Positions 1 through 9,267 of a stretch of 64,000 nt of DNA are shown one piece after another; within the stretch, counting starts at the first letter, position 1; every line of letters begins with the position of its first letter. This DNA comes from Alphaproteobacteria bacterium (GTDB lineage Bacteria; Pseudomonadota; Alphaproteobacteria; UBA9219; RGZA01). Location of the stretch: positions 266,770 through 330,769 of the forward strand of contig JAYRWY010000007.1 in assembly GCA_041917755.1 (NCBI GenBank), given 5' to 3'. The position numbers and the translations under genes were made by a program. The notes below the pieces were generated by a model. The model had not been told where the DNA came from. It made no database searches and worked only from the letters and a program-made list of their open reading frames with translations.

Positions 1-440
1 AAAATGGTTTGGTGCATGGTTGGTTCGAAAATACATGGGGTCACTATTTCCCTGTGGATGTGCCATTATCTGAAGCACTGGGTTCTGATTATGATGCGGT
101 GCTGCTTCCTGGCGGCGCACGTGCAGTCGAGAAGTTAAAAAACAATCTTCATACCCGCCGCATTTTGCGCCATTTCTTTGATGCACAAAAACCCATCGTG
201 GCAATTGCCGAAGCGATTGAGCTTCTAACGCTATGTGAACATCTAAATGGTCTTGAGGTCAGCGTTCCCGCTCAGTTAGTGCAAACCATCAAAACGGCTG
301 GTGCCATTGTGTCAGAACAATCAGCAATGATTGATAATCATCTGCTCACTTTTGCCAAATTGCCCGATGATGCGTCATGGCTTGATGCGATTGTACAGCA
401 CGTTGCCGAAGATCGTACCGCCATTCTTGCAGCGGCTTAA
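1..440 (+). CDS. DJ-1/PfpI (ThiJ) family protein, C-terminal part; the 5' end lies outside the window
   Basis: The ORF is open to the window start. The LLPGG...AIAEA pattern is typical of DJ-1/PfpI glutamine-amidotransferase-like proteins. Confidence 0.55.
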   Translation, partial: NGLVHGWFENTWGHYFPVDVPLSEALGSDYDAVLLPGGARAVEKLKNNLHTRRILRHFFDAQKPIVAIAEAIELLTLCEHLNGLEVSVPAQLVQTIKTAGAIVSEQSAMIDNHLLTFAKLPDDASWLDAIVQHVAEDRTAILAAA

Positions 441-446
441 CAGCCG

Positions 447-1475
447 TCAGTTTTTTTGTTTTACGACAAATAGCGTGGCTAGCAGACAGGTCATGGCCAG
501 TATGGCGTTGGCCTGATGCAAGCTGGCTGGAATGATGTGCACACTGCTCAGCAGTGTGATGATCCCAAGAACATATTGCATTGCGATGGTGGCACCAAGT
601 CCGATGCTTAATCTTCTATCTATGTTCCGCATCCGCCATGCAAGCATGAGAGCCAAAATGGCAGTGATGCTGGCAAGAATGCGATGCGCAAACTGAACCG
701 CTGCCGGATTGGCGGTAATATTTTTTAGCCAAGGTTGTAGTGCTGAAAAATCCTGCGGTACCAACTGACCGCCCATTAGCGGAAACTCGTTATATATTTT
801 TCCGGCGTCTAGGCCTGCCGTGAAGGCTCCCCAGATGATGGTGATGCTCAAATATCCCAGTGTAAAAAGTGCATGCCGGTGCAGGCACCATGAATAACTT
901 TGGGTTAGCCTAAACTTGTCGGCATGCAGGCGGAGAATTTGCCAAAATATGCAGCCATAGATGATCAGGGCCAATCCCAGATGCATCGCAAGGCGGTAGG
1001 GGCTGACGCTAACCTGGCCAGGTTTCAGGCCACTTTGCACCATGAACCAGCCTACAAAGCCTTGCAGGCCGCCCAAGGCTAGAATACCAAGAAGCGGTGC
1101 TTTAAATCCGTTTGGAATGCTGCCCTTAATCCAAAAGAACAGTAATGGCAGGGCAAAAACTAACCCCACCATCCTGCCCCACAGGCGGTGTATCCATTCC
1201 CAAAAATAGATGCCTTTAAACTCATCAAGGCTCATCCCGTCATGGATACCGGCATATTGCGGGGTTGCTTTATAAAGCTGATAAGCATCATTCCAGCCTG
1301 CCTCGTTTAACGGCGGCAAAATCCCTTTAATCGGTTCCCAGCGCGTAATCGATAAACCTGATTCAGTCAGCCGCGTAATCGCCCCGATAATGGCCATGAA
1401 CAGAATGAGGATACAACAAACAGAAAGCCATAGGGTGATGGGCTTGGTAGCCGAAGATTGCGGTTGCAGCGTCAT
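447..1475 (-). CDS. ctaA: heme A synthase (COX15/CtaA family)
   Basis: Polytopic membrane protein of 342 aa with His-containing helices and a COX15-like motif (GYLSITIIWGAFTAGLDAG); typical alphaproteobacterial length. Confidence 0.8.
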   Translation of the reverse strand: MTLQPQSSATKPITLWLSVCCILILFMAIIGAITRLTESGLSITRWEPIKGILPPLNEAGWNDAYQLYKATPQYAGIHDGMSLDEFKGIYFWEWIHRLWGRMVGLVFALPLLFFWIKGSIPNGFKAPLLGILALGGLQGFVGWFMVQSGLKPGQVSVSPYRLAMHLGLALIIYGCIFWQILRLHADKFRLTQSYSWCLHRHALFTLGYLSITIIWGAFTAGLDAGKIYNEFPLMGGQLVPQDFSALQPWLKNITANPAAVQFAHRILASITAILALMLAWRMRNIDRRLSIGLGATIAMQYVLGIITLLSSVHIIPASLHQANAILAMTCLLATLFVVKQKN

Positions 1476-2276
1476 TTAGCTTTTCGCAACGCCTGTTGGA
1501 TGGCTATCTTCAAACAGTACCGCTGCATGCCATAATAAATCCAGTGCGGTACGCAATCCATCTTTGGTTTTATCAAGTGCGATACGAACAGCTGCACTAC
1601 GTAAGGTGAGCAAGGTTAATTCATTGTGTTCAAAATTATCACGCTGTTGAAGAAGCAAGGCCAGACTACGAAGCGTTTCTAAACGCTTATTTTGGGGATC
1701 TTCGCGCAATGATTTACGCAGACTGTAAATGGTCTTGGCAACCGGGTGGTTGAAGGTGTGTTCAGGTAGGGTTACCGATACGGTATCGCTAATGCCTTCA
1801 CGCTTATCGCCGTCTTGTGCAATGATTTGCAGAACAACAGGTGTACCAGCCAGCAAGGAACCAGTTAAATCAAGCTGCCCATCCCAGTCCAAGGTTTTAT
1901 GGCCGATAAAATAGGTTGGAATATCCATCATCTCTTTATCGATTTCCATACCAATGGGTTTCACCACAGGCGTGATGCTTACTTTTACACTGCGTAGCGG
2001 CGCAGAAGCAGAAACTTTAAATGACATCGCAACGCGGTTTTGTGCTGATGTTTGTGGTCCAGAAACCCACGTCACGACAGGCGGGGCTAAATTAGCGGTA
2101 CGCTCGGTGTCTTGTTCGTTTTGCTTGGCAAGCGACGCGTCATCACCACGATTCAGTGATTGCAGAAACTCCATCGTTTTGTCTTTCCAGACAACCGTGG
2201 CTCCAACCGCCGCAATCCCTATGATAGCCAAGATCAGTGGCCCGACGATATTTTTCTTAGATGGCTGGATATTCAT
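1476..2276 (-). CDS. hypothetical protein with an N-terminal membrane anchor
   Basis: 266 aa ORF with one N-terminal transmembrane helix and an abutting stop/start junction with ctaA. No family recognised. Confidence 0.4.
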   Translation of the reverse strand: MNIQPSKKNIVGPLILAIIGIAAVGATVVWKDKTMEFLQSLNRGDDASLAKQNEQDTERTANLAPPVVTWVSGPQTSAQNRVAMSFKVSASAPLRSVKVSITPVVKPIGMEIDKEMMDIPTYFIGHKTLDWDGQLDLTGSLLAGTPVVLQIIAQDGDKREGISDTVSVTLPEHTFNHPVAKTIYSLRKSLREDPQNKRLETLRSLALLLQQRDNFEHNELTLLTLRSAAVRIALDKTKDGLRTALDLLWHAAVLFEDSHPTGVAKS

Positions 2277-2310
2277 GATCTAACTCGTGACGGGTAATTG
2301 GATGCAAGGT

Positions 2311-3564
2311 CTAGCTTGGTATAGTTTCCCACATTAATTGCTGTTCAATCGTTAACGGTTTGCGGATGACATCTGCTTTCTTGCCATCCACCAGAATCTC
2401 GCCAATGAGTGCCCGCGAATTATACATGGATGACATCGTGGCGCCATAAGCTCCAGCCATGAATATAGCAACTAAATCACCAGCCTGACAGGGGGGGAGC
2501 GCTCTGTTTTCGGCCAAAAAATCGCCCGTTTCGCAAATGGGGCCAACAATATCATATACTTGCTGTGGCTGTGGCGCAGCTGCTTCAATAACCTTGGAAA
2601 TAGGATGATATGCCTCATACAAGGTGGGGCGGATGAGGTCATTCATGGCGGCATCGACAATTAGAAACTTTTTACTGTTAGTTTCCTTGACGTAAATAAC
2701 CTTGGTAACCAGTACGCCAGATTCGCCTACTAAAAATCGGCCGGGCTCCAATTCTACATCGCAATTCATTTTGTCTGCAAAATTGTGAACGAGTTTGCCA
2801 AATGCTTCCAGTGGGATGGTTTCATTTTGATACGGAATGCCAAGTCCGCCACCAAGACTGATACGTTGTATGGTATGTCCAAGTGAACGCAAACGTACTA
2901 CCATTTCTTCCATGCGTGCAGCCGAGTTTATAAAAGGCTCGGCGGTTGTAATTTGCGAACCGATATGTGCGCTAAGGCCCATGACATTAATATGCGATAA
3001 TGACGCGGCGTGCTTGAACCCATCTTCAACATGGTCCCAGCTGATGCCGAATTTATTTTCTTCTTTTCCGGTTGAAATTTTGGCATGGGTTTGTGCGTCG
3101 ACATCAGGATTTACGCGCAGTGCAACGGGCGCTTTAACATTCAGCTTTGCAGCGACACGGTTGATGGCATCCAGTTCGGGCAGGGACTCCGCGTTGATTT
3201 GATAGATATTGTTTTGCAGTGCAAATGCTAACTCATCATCGGTTTTGCCCACACCCGAAAACACAATCCGATTGCCAGCTATGCCGGCTGCCAAGGCGCG
3301 TTTCATTTCCCCCGATGACACAATATCCATATTAGCACCCTCTCTACCCAAGACGGATAAGACGGCGATATTGGAATTTGCCTTAACTGCATAAAAAATT
3401 TTTACGCGTGGGTGGTTAATGGCCTGCGATAATTCTTGATACCGCGCCCGCATCGTACCAGAAGAGTAGGCATAAAATGGCGTCGGAATTGTCTTTGCCA
3501 GCTCGGCAATATCAACTTCCTCCATTACCAGACGGGAATTTTTGTGAGCAATATGTTTTGTCAT
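2311..3564 (-). CDS. lysA: diaminopimelate decarboxylase
   Basis: PLP fold-III decarboxylase motifs (FYAVKANSN, DIVSSGE, EPGR, CETGD); 417 aa. Confidence 0.9.
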   Translation of the reverse strand: MTKHIAHKNSRLVMEEVDIAELAKTIPTPFYAYSSGTMRARYQELSQAINHPRVKIFYAVKANSNIAVLSVLGREGANMDIVSSGEMKRALAAGIAGNRIVFSGVGKTDDELAFALQNNIYQINAESLPELDAINRVAAKLNVKAPVALRVNPDVDAQTHAKISTGKEENKFGISWDHVEDGFKHAASLSHINVMGLSAHIGSQITTAEPFINSAARMEEMVVRLRSLGHTIQRISLGGGLGIPYQNETIPLEAFGKLVHNFADKMNCDVELEPGRFLVGESGVLVTKVIYVKETNSKKFLIVDAAMNDLIRPTLYEAYHPISKVIEAAAPQPQQVYDIVGPICETGDFLAENRALPPCQAGDLVAIFMAGAYGATMSSMYNSRALIGEILVDGKKADVIRKPLTIEQQLMWETIPS

Positions 3565-3582
3565 GAGTGTAAGTATTAGGAA

Positions 3583-3756
3583 TTAGTTTTTAGAAATAGG
3601 AACGCCTGCAGGATCCGTTGACAGATCAGGATAAGTATGCGGATAAGCTTTGGGGTCGCTGCCATCAGGCGCATCCACCACTTCCGGTCGTTTGCCGCAA
3701 GCGACACAACACAATAAAAGGCCAGTAATCATTGCAGTACACAGAACGCGCAGCAT
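3583..3756 (-). CDS. small lipoprotein of 57 aa (lipobox LCCVAC, Pro-rich tail); LptM/YifL-like context between argH and lysA
   Basis: Translated by hand: [57 protein letters not shown]. Its ATG overlaps the argH TAA as TAATG. It falls below the ORF-track length cut-off. Confidence 0.5.
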   Translation of the reverse strand: MLRVLCTAMITGLLLCCVACGKRPEVVDAPDGSDPKAYPHTYPDLSTDPAGVPISKN

Positions 3757-5183
3757 TATAAGAACCTTTTCTTTGCTTCAGTGATTGCAGATTTGACCAT
3801 TGCGGGTGCCGTGCCGCCAAAACTGGTACGGCTATTCATTGATGCTTCCACGCTTAATACATCAAATATCTTTGCCGTGATACGCGGCTCGACAGCTTGC
3901 ATCGCGCTAAGTTCTACTTGGTGTAGTTGAAGTTGTTTATCCTCGGCCAGCTTTACTATTTTACCGGTAACATGATGTGCATCACGGAACGGCAATTTTA
4001 GTTCACGTACTAACCAATCGGCTAAATCTGTTGCGGTGCTGTAACCCAAGGTGGCGGCTTCCTTCATCGCGGTAGTGTTGGCTTTGATATCCAACACCAT
4101 CGCCGTCATCGCGCTAAGAGCAAGGTCAAGGGTTTCGGCAACCATAAAGGTTTGCTCTTTATCCTCTTGTAAATCTTTGGCGTAGGCCAGGGGCAGCGCC
4201 TTAAGTAAAGTAAGCATCTGTATTAATACGCCAAAGACGCGCCCTGTTTTGCCGCGTACAAGCTCGGCTGCATCGGGATTACGCTTTTGTGGCATAATCG
4301 AGCTGCCAGTGGTGAGCTGATCACCAAGAGTGATAAACCCGATTTGCGGGTTCATCCAAAGGATAATTTCTTCGGCAAGGCGTGATAAATGAACCATCAC
4401 GATGGATGCAGTGCTCGCATAATCCATGACAAAATCGCGGTCGGATACGCTGTCTAACGAGTTGGCAGTGGGACGATCAAATCCAAGTGCCTTGGCCGTC
4501 ATCATCCGGTCAATCGGATAGGGCGTGCCAGCCAAGGCAGCAGCGCCAAGAGGGCATTCATTTGCACGCTTGCGCGCTGATACTACCCGATCACGGTCGC
4601 GGCCAAGCATTTCAACATAGGCCAGTAGGTGATGGGCAAAACTAACCGGCTGTGCAATTTGAAAATGTGTAAGGCCCGGCATCACACTATTAACATGCTG
4701 CTCTGCTTGAGTAATCAGGGCGCGTTGCAATTCTTTTATTTGGCTATCCAGATAATCAAATGCATCCCTAATCCACAATTTGAAATCTGTGGCGACCTGG
4801 TCATTTCTTGAACGACCGGTATGCAGTCTGCGTCCAGCATCACCGATGGATTGTGTCAAATGGTGCTCGACATTCATATGAACATCTTCCAGCGCATCGG
4901 TAAATTCAAACGTGCCTGATTTAATTTGTTCACGAATAGAGGTCAGCCCGGCAGTGATTTTGGAGACATCATCCTTGCTGATGATATTTTTAGCACCCAG
5001 CATCTGCGCATGTGCAATAGACCCCTCAATGTCATACAGCGCCAGCTTTTTATCAAAACTGATGCTGGCATTAATGGCCATCATAATGGCTGATGGGCCT
5101 GCGGCATAGCGACCGCCCCACATAGAGTTCTCTGTGGTGTTGTTTTCTGTTTTGCTGAGCGTGTTTTTCTGCTTATCTGACAT
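3756..5183 (-). CDS. argH: argininosuccinate lyase
   Basis: Fumarate-lyase superfamily signature ([12 protein letters not shown]) and the N-terminal MWGGRY-type motif. The start was moved to the internal Met (MSDKQK...), because the longer ORF would overlap the divergent tlpA. Confidence 0.9.
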   Translation of the reverse strand: MSDKQKNTLSKTENNTTENSMWGGRYAAGPSAIMMAINASISFDKKLALYDIEGSIAHAQMLGAKNIISKDDVSKITAGLTSIREQIKSGTFEFTDALEDVHMNVEHHLTQSIGDAGRRLHTGRSRNDQVATDFKLWIRDAFDYLDSQIKELQRALITQAEQHVNSVMPGLTHFQIAQPVSFAHHLLAYVEMLGRDRDRVVSARKRANECPLGAAALAGTPYPIDRMMTAKALGFDRPTANSLDSVSDRDFVMDYASTASIVMVHLSRLAEEIILWMNPQIGFITLGDQLTTGSSIMPQKRNPDAAELVRGKTGRVFGVLIQMLTLLKALPLAYAKDLQEDKEQTFMVAETLDLALSAMTAMVLDIKANTTAMKEAATLGYSTATDLADWLVRELKLPFRDAHHVTGKIVKLAEDKQLQLHQVELSAMQAVEPRITAKIFDVLSVEASMNSRTSFGGTAPAMVKSAITEAKKRFL

Positions 5184-5217
5184 GGTCTTTTCATTTATTT
5201 GTGGTCTGTGGTTGATT

Positions 5218-5799
5218 ATGCAGAAAAAAAGCCAGTTGTTACAAGCCTTTCGCTTCCTTGCCTTCATTTTTTTAGGTTTATTGGCATTTAGTCGGCCTGT
5301 CATTGCTCAGCAAGCAGGTGTTCAGCCACAAAATCAGCTTCTTCAAGGACAGATGGCAGGTTTTAAGCTGTTGCCAGAACCCAAGTTGATCCCAGACGTC
5401 ATGTTCAAAGATGCAGCTGGTCAGCAGGTCAGTCTCAGTAATTTTCGCGGTAAATTGGTCTTGCTCACATTGTGGGCGACATGGTGCCCTTATTGCGCAC
5501 GTGAACTACCGACCCTCGATAATCTTCAAGAGACCTTGGGCAAGGATAAATTCATGGTTCTCCCTATCAGCGTTGATAAAGAAGGGCCAAGCTTAGTAAA
5601 AAAATATTTAGAAGAAAAAAGTTTGAATTTGCCAACTTATGCTGACCCGAAAAATGTTGTTGGCCGGGCGCTGTTGGCGAATGGCGTTCCGTACTGTATT
5701 TTGATTGATCAGCAAGGCCGTGAAATTGGCCGCATCGCAGGTGAAACTAACTGGGCTGCGCCGGAATCAATCGGATTGCTGAAGGCATTTATTCGATAA
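5218..5799 (+). CDS. tlpA: thiol:disulfide interchange protein, TlpA-like thioredoxin fold
   Basis: WCPYC active site, signal/anchor sequence, and the tlpA-argH-lysA synteny that is classic in alphaproteobacteria. The start was set at the internal ATG (MQKKSQ...). Confidence 0.8.
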   Translation: MQKKSQLLQAFRFLAFIFLGLLAFSRPVIAQQAGVQPQNQLLQGQMAGFKLLPEPKLIPDVMFKDAAGQQVSLSNFRGKLVLLTLWATWCPYCARELPTLDNLQETLGKDKFMVLPISVDKEGPSLVKKYLEEKSLNLPTYADPKNVVGRALLANGVPYCILIDQQGREIGRIAGETNWAAPESIGLLKAFIR

Positions 5800-5804
5800 A
5801 CGAT

Positions 5805-6557
5805 TTAGGTGCCTGTGGTGGTAGTTGTGGTTGGCGTGGTGGTGGCAACCGTATCATGAATGCCAAGGATTTTATCGGTTGGCACCTGGATTTTTCCGAC
5901 ATCAAGTACAATGGCTCCGCTTGAATCTTTTTCAACGCCATCGACTTTTCCATTGGTGCTGACTTTGGTGGTAACGGCTGCACCGGATGCATCAACTGCG
6001 GTTACCTTCACGCTGTATACACCTTTGGACAGTTCTTTGCCTTCGTCATTTTTGCCATCCCACAACACGGTGTGTTTGCCAAGCGTGCCCGATGCACCGG
6101 TTTGTGTGCGAACCAAAGTTCCACTTTCATCATAAATTTCGACTTTAACTGTTTTGGCAATGTTCGATAAGGTATAGTTGAAAGATGCGCCGTTGTTATC
6201 ATAGTTAAATTCTGAGCCATCAATCTCGATTGTTTTGCCGAGGTAGCCCAATGAGGATCCAACACCAGCAGAATTCTGATTGCTGATAAGCGTATCCAGC
6301 TTCTGATTTGATTTGATTTGCTGTTCAACCTGAGAATATTGAACAAGTTGCTGGGTAAATTGAGATGAATCCATAGGGGAGGTAGGATCCTGATTTTGCA
6401 ATTGAGTGGTCAGCAATTTCAGGAAGGTCGTGTAATCATCGGTTAACTTGTCCAATGCGGTTTTGTTGGCATCAGTGGTAGTAGTCTTGGGTGCGGCCTG
6501 ATACTTGGCTAAGGGATTGGAAGTATCTGTTTTGGTAAGGGTGGTTGCGGTGGCCAT
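5805..6557 (-). CDS. flgD: flagellar hook assembly (capping) protein FlgD
   Basis: N-terminal FlgD motif (FLKLLTTQLQNQDPTSPMD) and a C-terminal Thr-rich tail. Confidence 0.85.
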   Translation of the reverse strand: MATATTLTKTDTSNPLAKYQAAPKTTTTDANKTALDKLTDDYTTFLKLLTTQLQNQDPTSPMDSSQFTQQLVQYSQVEQQIKSNQKLDTLISNQNSAGVGSSLGYLGKTIEIDGSEFNYDNNGASFNYTLSNIAKTVKVEIYDESGTLVRTQTGASGTLGKHTVLWDGKNDEGKELSKGVYSVKVTAVDASGAAVTTKVSTNGKVDGVEKDSSGAIVLDVGKIQVPTDKILGIHDTVATTTPTTTTTTGT

Positions 6558-6568
6558 GGTTTGCTCTC

Positions 6569-8239
6569 CTATACTCGCAGATCAACGCGGCCTGGGCCGG
6601 CGCTAACATCAAATGATAAAATTTTGGATTGAATAGCCTCTTCAGGCAGTGTTTTTTCCATCCATTTATTCCACGGAGTTCCGTGGTTGTGCTGGGCATG
6701 CTGCTGGGCTTGGCTACCATTATCACCACGCAGACTAAAGCTAAGTGAGCCGCTATCAGTCTGCAAACCGGCCTGTTGCAAGGCGCGTTCAAGGGAACGT
6801 GAATCTTTTTGCAACATGTCAAATGCTTGTTGGTTATCAGCGGTGATGGTTGCCTGCACGGCTCCATCCTTATTGATTTCTAGGCGGATATCTACGCGGC
6901 CCAATTCGGCAGGGTGCAATTGCAAATCGTATTGGCTGGTTCCTGATTTTGCCATGCGGTTAAGATGGACGGCAACCTGCTCATTGGGTGCCATCATACT
7001 GGTTTGCGCTTCCTTTGTTGCTCGAAGCGTGCCGGCAAAGGTCACTTGTGGGTCGCCTTGCATGCTATGTGCACCAGCAAGGCCAGTTGCTACAGCGCTA
7101 ATAATCGCGCCCTTCGTTATCATGGGGGATCCGCCGCCAGCAGATCCGTTAAGGGTGGGTGCGGAGGAGTCCGAAGCTTTCTGTGCTACGGAAATCGCGC
7201 GGTCGCTGGCGGCGGGGTGGGTTTCGGGTGCAGAGAATTTGCCCTGCAGAAAATCTATGTGGTCGGCATGTTTGTTGTTCGCTTGCTTGACGGCTTCGCG
7301 TTCAGTCTTCGCTTCTTCTTTCGCTTCTTTAATCGCAAAGTGTTGGTCAAGGCCAGCTTCTGCCTCAAGAGTATCTGGAAGGAGGAGGTTTGCTTCCTCA
7401 TCATTCTTCGCAGCCGCAGTTTTTTCATGCGCTGGCTTCTGAGGCACTTCAACAGCTTTTTGAAAGTTGCCAGGTAATGGCCCGGCGCTTTTGGTTTCGG
7501 TTACATCTGCAGTTTCGATATTCAGACCGCCTTGCAAATTAGCAAGTAAAATAGGCGTCAGGTTTTTATCGCCTGTTATAGGGAGGGCCTTATCATCAGT
7601 GTCGCCAACCGGTGTGGCCGCTACTTCTTGTTCCTGTGCTAACGTTTCATCAGTTATATCGGCAAAGCAAAGTTCAGGTGCTACATCACTGCTTTCTTGG
7701 TCTGCGACATTGGTATCAACAGCAATAATATCTGTTGGTGTGTCGTTTGTTGCAATGGTTTGTGCATCCTGGGCTGTATCTTCTGCGTCTGCTGTTTCAT
7801 TGTTTTCTTCTTCATCGCAATGGTGATGGCCGCAACCATGCTCAGACGATTTGCCATGTGCTTTTTTGCTATGTGCGTGCTTTTCAGTTTGATTGCTGGG
7901 TGCGGTCTGAGCATCATCACACTTGTCTGCTTTGTCAGACTTCTCGGGCATATCGCAATCGGCATGCTTGTCGGATGAATCATTGACAGGCTTTGATGAA
8001 TGTGAATGGTGTTTTTCGCGGATTTTTTTGCCAGCATCTGACCGCACTGGTTCATGTGTGCATTCTTTTGGCGCTTCGACATTCTTTGCGGTTTTGTCAA
8101 TGCCATCAAAAATTTGTTTGAATGCGTCTGATGAACCAAAGCTATGGCGAGCCTTAAACGCTGCCTCGGCGGCGTCTTGCTTCAGGCTGCTGAACTGGAT
8201 TTGCTTGGCTGTATCGCTTGTTGAAACCATGATATTCAA
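6569..8239 (-). CDS. fliK: flagellar hook-length control protein FliK with an unusual His/Cys/acidic insertion
   Basis: C-terminal Flg_hook domain (LHPAELGRVDIRLEI...ATITADNQQA), position directly upstream of flgD, low-complexity N-terminal region. Confidence 0.75.
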   Translation of the reverse strand: MNIMVSTSDTAKQIQFSSLKQDAAEAAFKARHSFGSSDAFKQIFDGIDKTAKNVEAPKECTHEPVRSDAGKKIREKHHSHSSKPVNDSSDKHADCDMPEKSDKADKCDDAQTAPSNQTEKHAHSKKAHGKSSEHGCGHHHCDEEENNETADAEDTAQDAQTIATNDTPTDIIAVDTNVADQESSDVAPELCFADITDETLAQEQEVAATPVGDTDDKALPITGDKNLTPILLANLQGGLNIETADVTETKSAGPLPGNFQKAVEVPQKPAHEKTAAAKNDEEANLLLPDTLEAEAGLDQHFAIKEAKEEAKTEREAVKQANNKHADHIDFLQGKFSAPETHPAASDRAISVAQKASDSSAPTLNGSAGGGSPMITKGAIISAVATGLAGAHSMQGDPQVTFAGTLRATKEAQTSMMAPNEQVAVHLNRMAKSGTSQYDLQLHPAELGRVDIRLEINKDGAVQATITADNQQAFDMLQKDSRSLERALQQAGLQTDSGSLSFSLRGDNGSQAQQHAQHNHGTPWNKWMEKTLPEEAIQSKILSFDVSAGPGRVDLRV

Positions 8240-8293
8240 TTGCCTGTCATTCAGTTGGCCGCTTGCGGCTCAGGATTACTCTGTAGATGGACA

Positions 8294-8310
8294 TTGCACA
8301 TCGTGTGCCA
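8294..8310 (-). promoter_or_regulatory. putative sigma-54 promoter (TGGCAC-N6-TGCA on the minus strand) upstream of fliK
   Basis: Reverse complement reads TGGCACacgatgTGCAA with GG-N10-GC spacing, about 55 nt upstream of the fliK ATG. Confidence 0.45.
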
Positions 8311-8434
8311 AGTGCTTATTCAAGAAAAACTATTTAAAAACAATAAGTTGAGCAGCTGTATACCTTGCATGGTTTTTTAAATAGGCGTGCTGTAAATACG
8401 GGCTGGCGGCATTTTCTGCCGTTGCAATCATACG

Positions 8435-8938
8435 CTAGATGCGTTGATTAATTGAGATTGGCCGCGCGTGATGGGATTCAGCCAGCGCCATTACTCCGCG
8501 GCCTGAATAACCGCTTTCTTTATGCAAATCTTTGCGGATTTCATTAATGACAACTCTAAGTAAATGCTCGGTGGCGTGGTGGGCAACACGCAGTGCAATG
8601 GCATTTTTTTCCGTGACATCGTCCAGTATTTTTCCGCTTTCACGCAGCTTGGCAATATCTTCTTTGCTAAGCTGAGTTAGTAGAGACTGGTTTTGTTCAA
8701 ATACCTTCAACGTGGATTGATAATCCATGGTCAATTCTTGTTTGCGACGCATGAGATGTTCTTTGTTGGTATAATCCCGACTCTCGATGATTGGCATTTC
8801 ATCAAGCATTACCTGGCTCAGCTCACCCATGAGGGTAAGAAGCTTATTTACCAGATCTTTTGCGCCAGTTGCTTGTGTTGCTGCCATTGCAGCTGCTGGT
8901 TGGGTGGCGGTGTTCTGCGGGGTTGCTGTCTGCATCAT
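8435..8938 (-). CDS. flagellar protein, FlbY-like by position (third gene of a flgI-cheL-flbY type operon)
   Basis: 167 aa, overlaps the flgJ/cheL stop, sits downstream of flgI as flbY does in Caulobacter. The call is contextual only. Confidence 0.35.
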   Translation of the reverse strand: MMQTATPQNTATQPAAAMAATQATGAKDLVNKLLTLMGELSQVMLDEMPIIESRDYTNKEHLMRRKQELTMDYQSTLKVFEQNQSLLTQLSKEDIAKLRESGKILDDVTEKNAIALRVAHHATEHLLRVVINEIRKDLHKESGYSGRGVMALAESHHARPISINQRI

Positions 8939-9267
8939 GAGTGCTTCTCCTGCATTCTTAGCATCTCGCGTTTCACCGCGTCGGCAATGCCTAATCCGCC
9001 AGTTTTAGAAAGCAATTTTCCATATTCGTTGACCAACATGCTGTGATAAGTATCTTCGGCTGAGCCACCACCAAGGTAGTTGTCCTGCCCCACACCAGCC
9101 CACATCGGCGCAAGCATTTGTGATAAGAACACAGCCTCAAAATCACCAGCAGCTTTGGCTGCTTCTTCAGGGGTTGCTTTTTTTGATCTCACTAAATTGC
9201 CAGCTGCCTGCGCATCGGGAATAAGTGGTGGTAGATATGGTTTGTTATCCGCAAGTGTATCCAGCAT
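8935..9267 (-). CDS. flgJ: flagellar rod-binding protein (FlgJ N-domain/CheL-like, no muramidase domain)
   Basis: 110 aa rod-binding motif (AAGDFEAVFLSQMLAPMW); translationally coupled to flgI. Confidence 0.7.
   Translation of the reverse strand: MLDTLADNKPYLPPLIPDAQAAGNLVRSKKATPEEAAKAAGDFEAVFLSQMLAPMWAGVGQDNYLGGGSAEDTYHSMLVNEYGKLLSKTGGLGIADAVKREMLRMQEKHS

Noticed and set aside
5134-5303. Extended N-termini in the ORF track for tlpA (from 5134) and argH (to 5303)
   Set aside because: The two extensions would overlap each other on opposite strands. The internal Met codons give canonical N-termini (a signal anchor for TlpA, MWGGRY close to the ArgH start).
6687-7978. Several long plus-strand ORFs (251, 170, 119, 93, 83 aa) inside fliK
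   Set aside because: They are antisense to the fliK coding region and have low-complexity, Cys-rich or biased composition. They are shadows of the acidic, repetitive fliK sequence.
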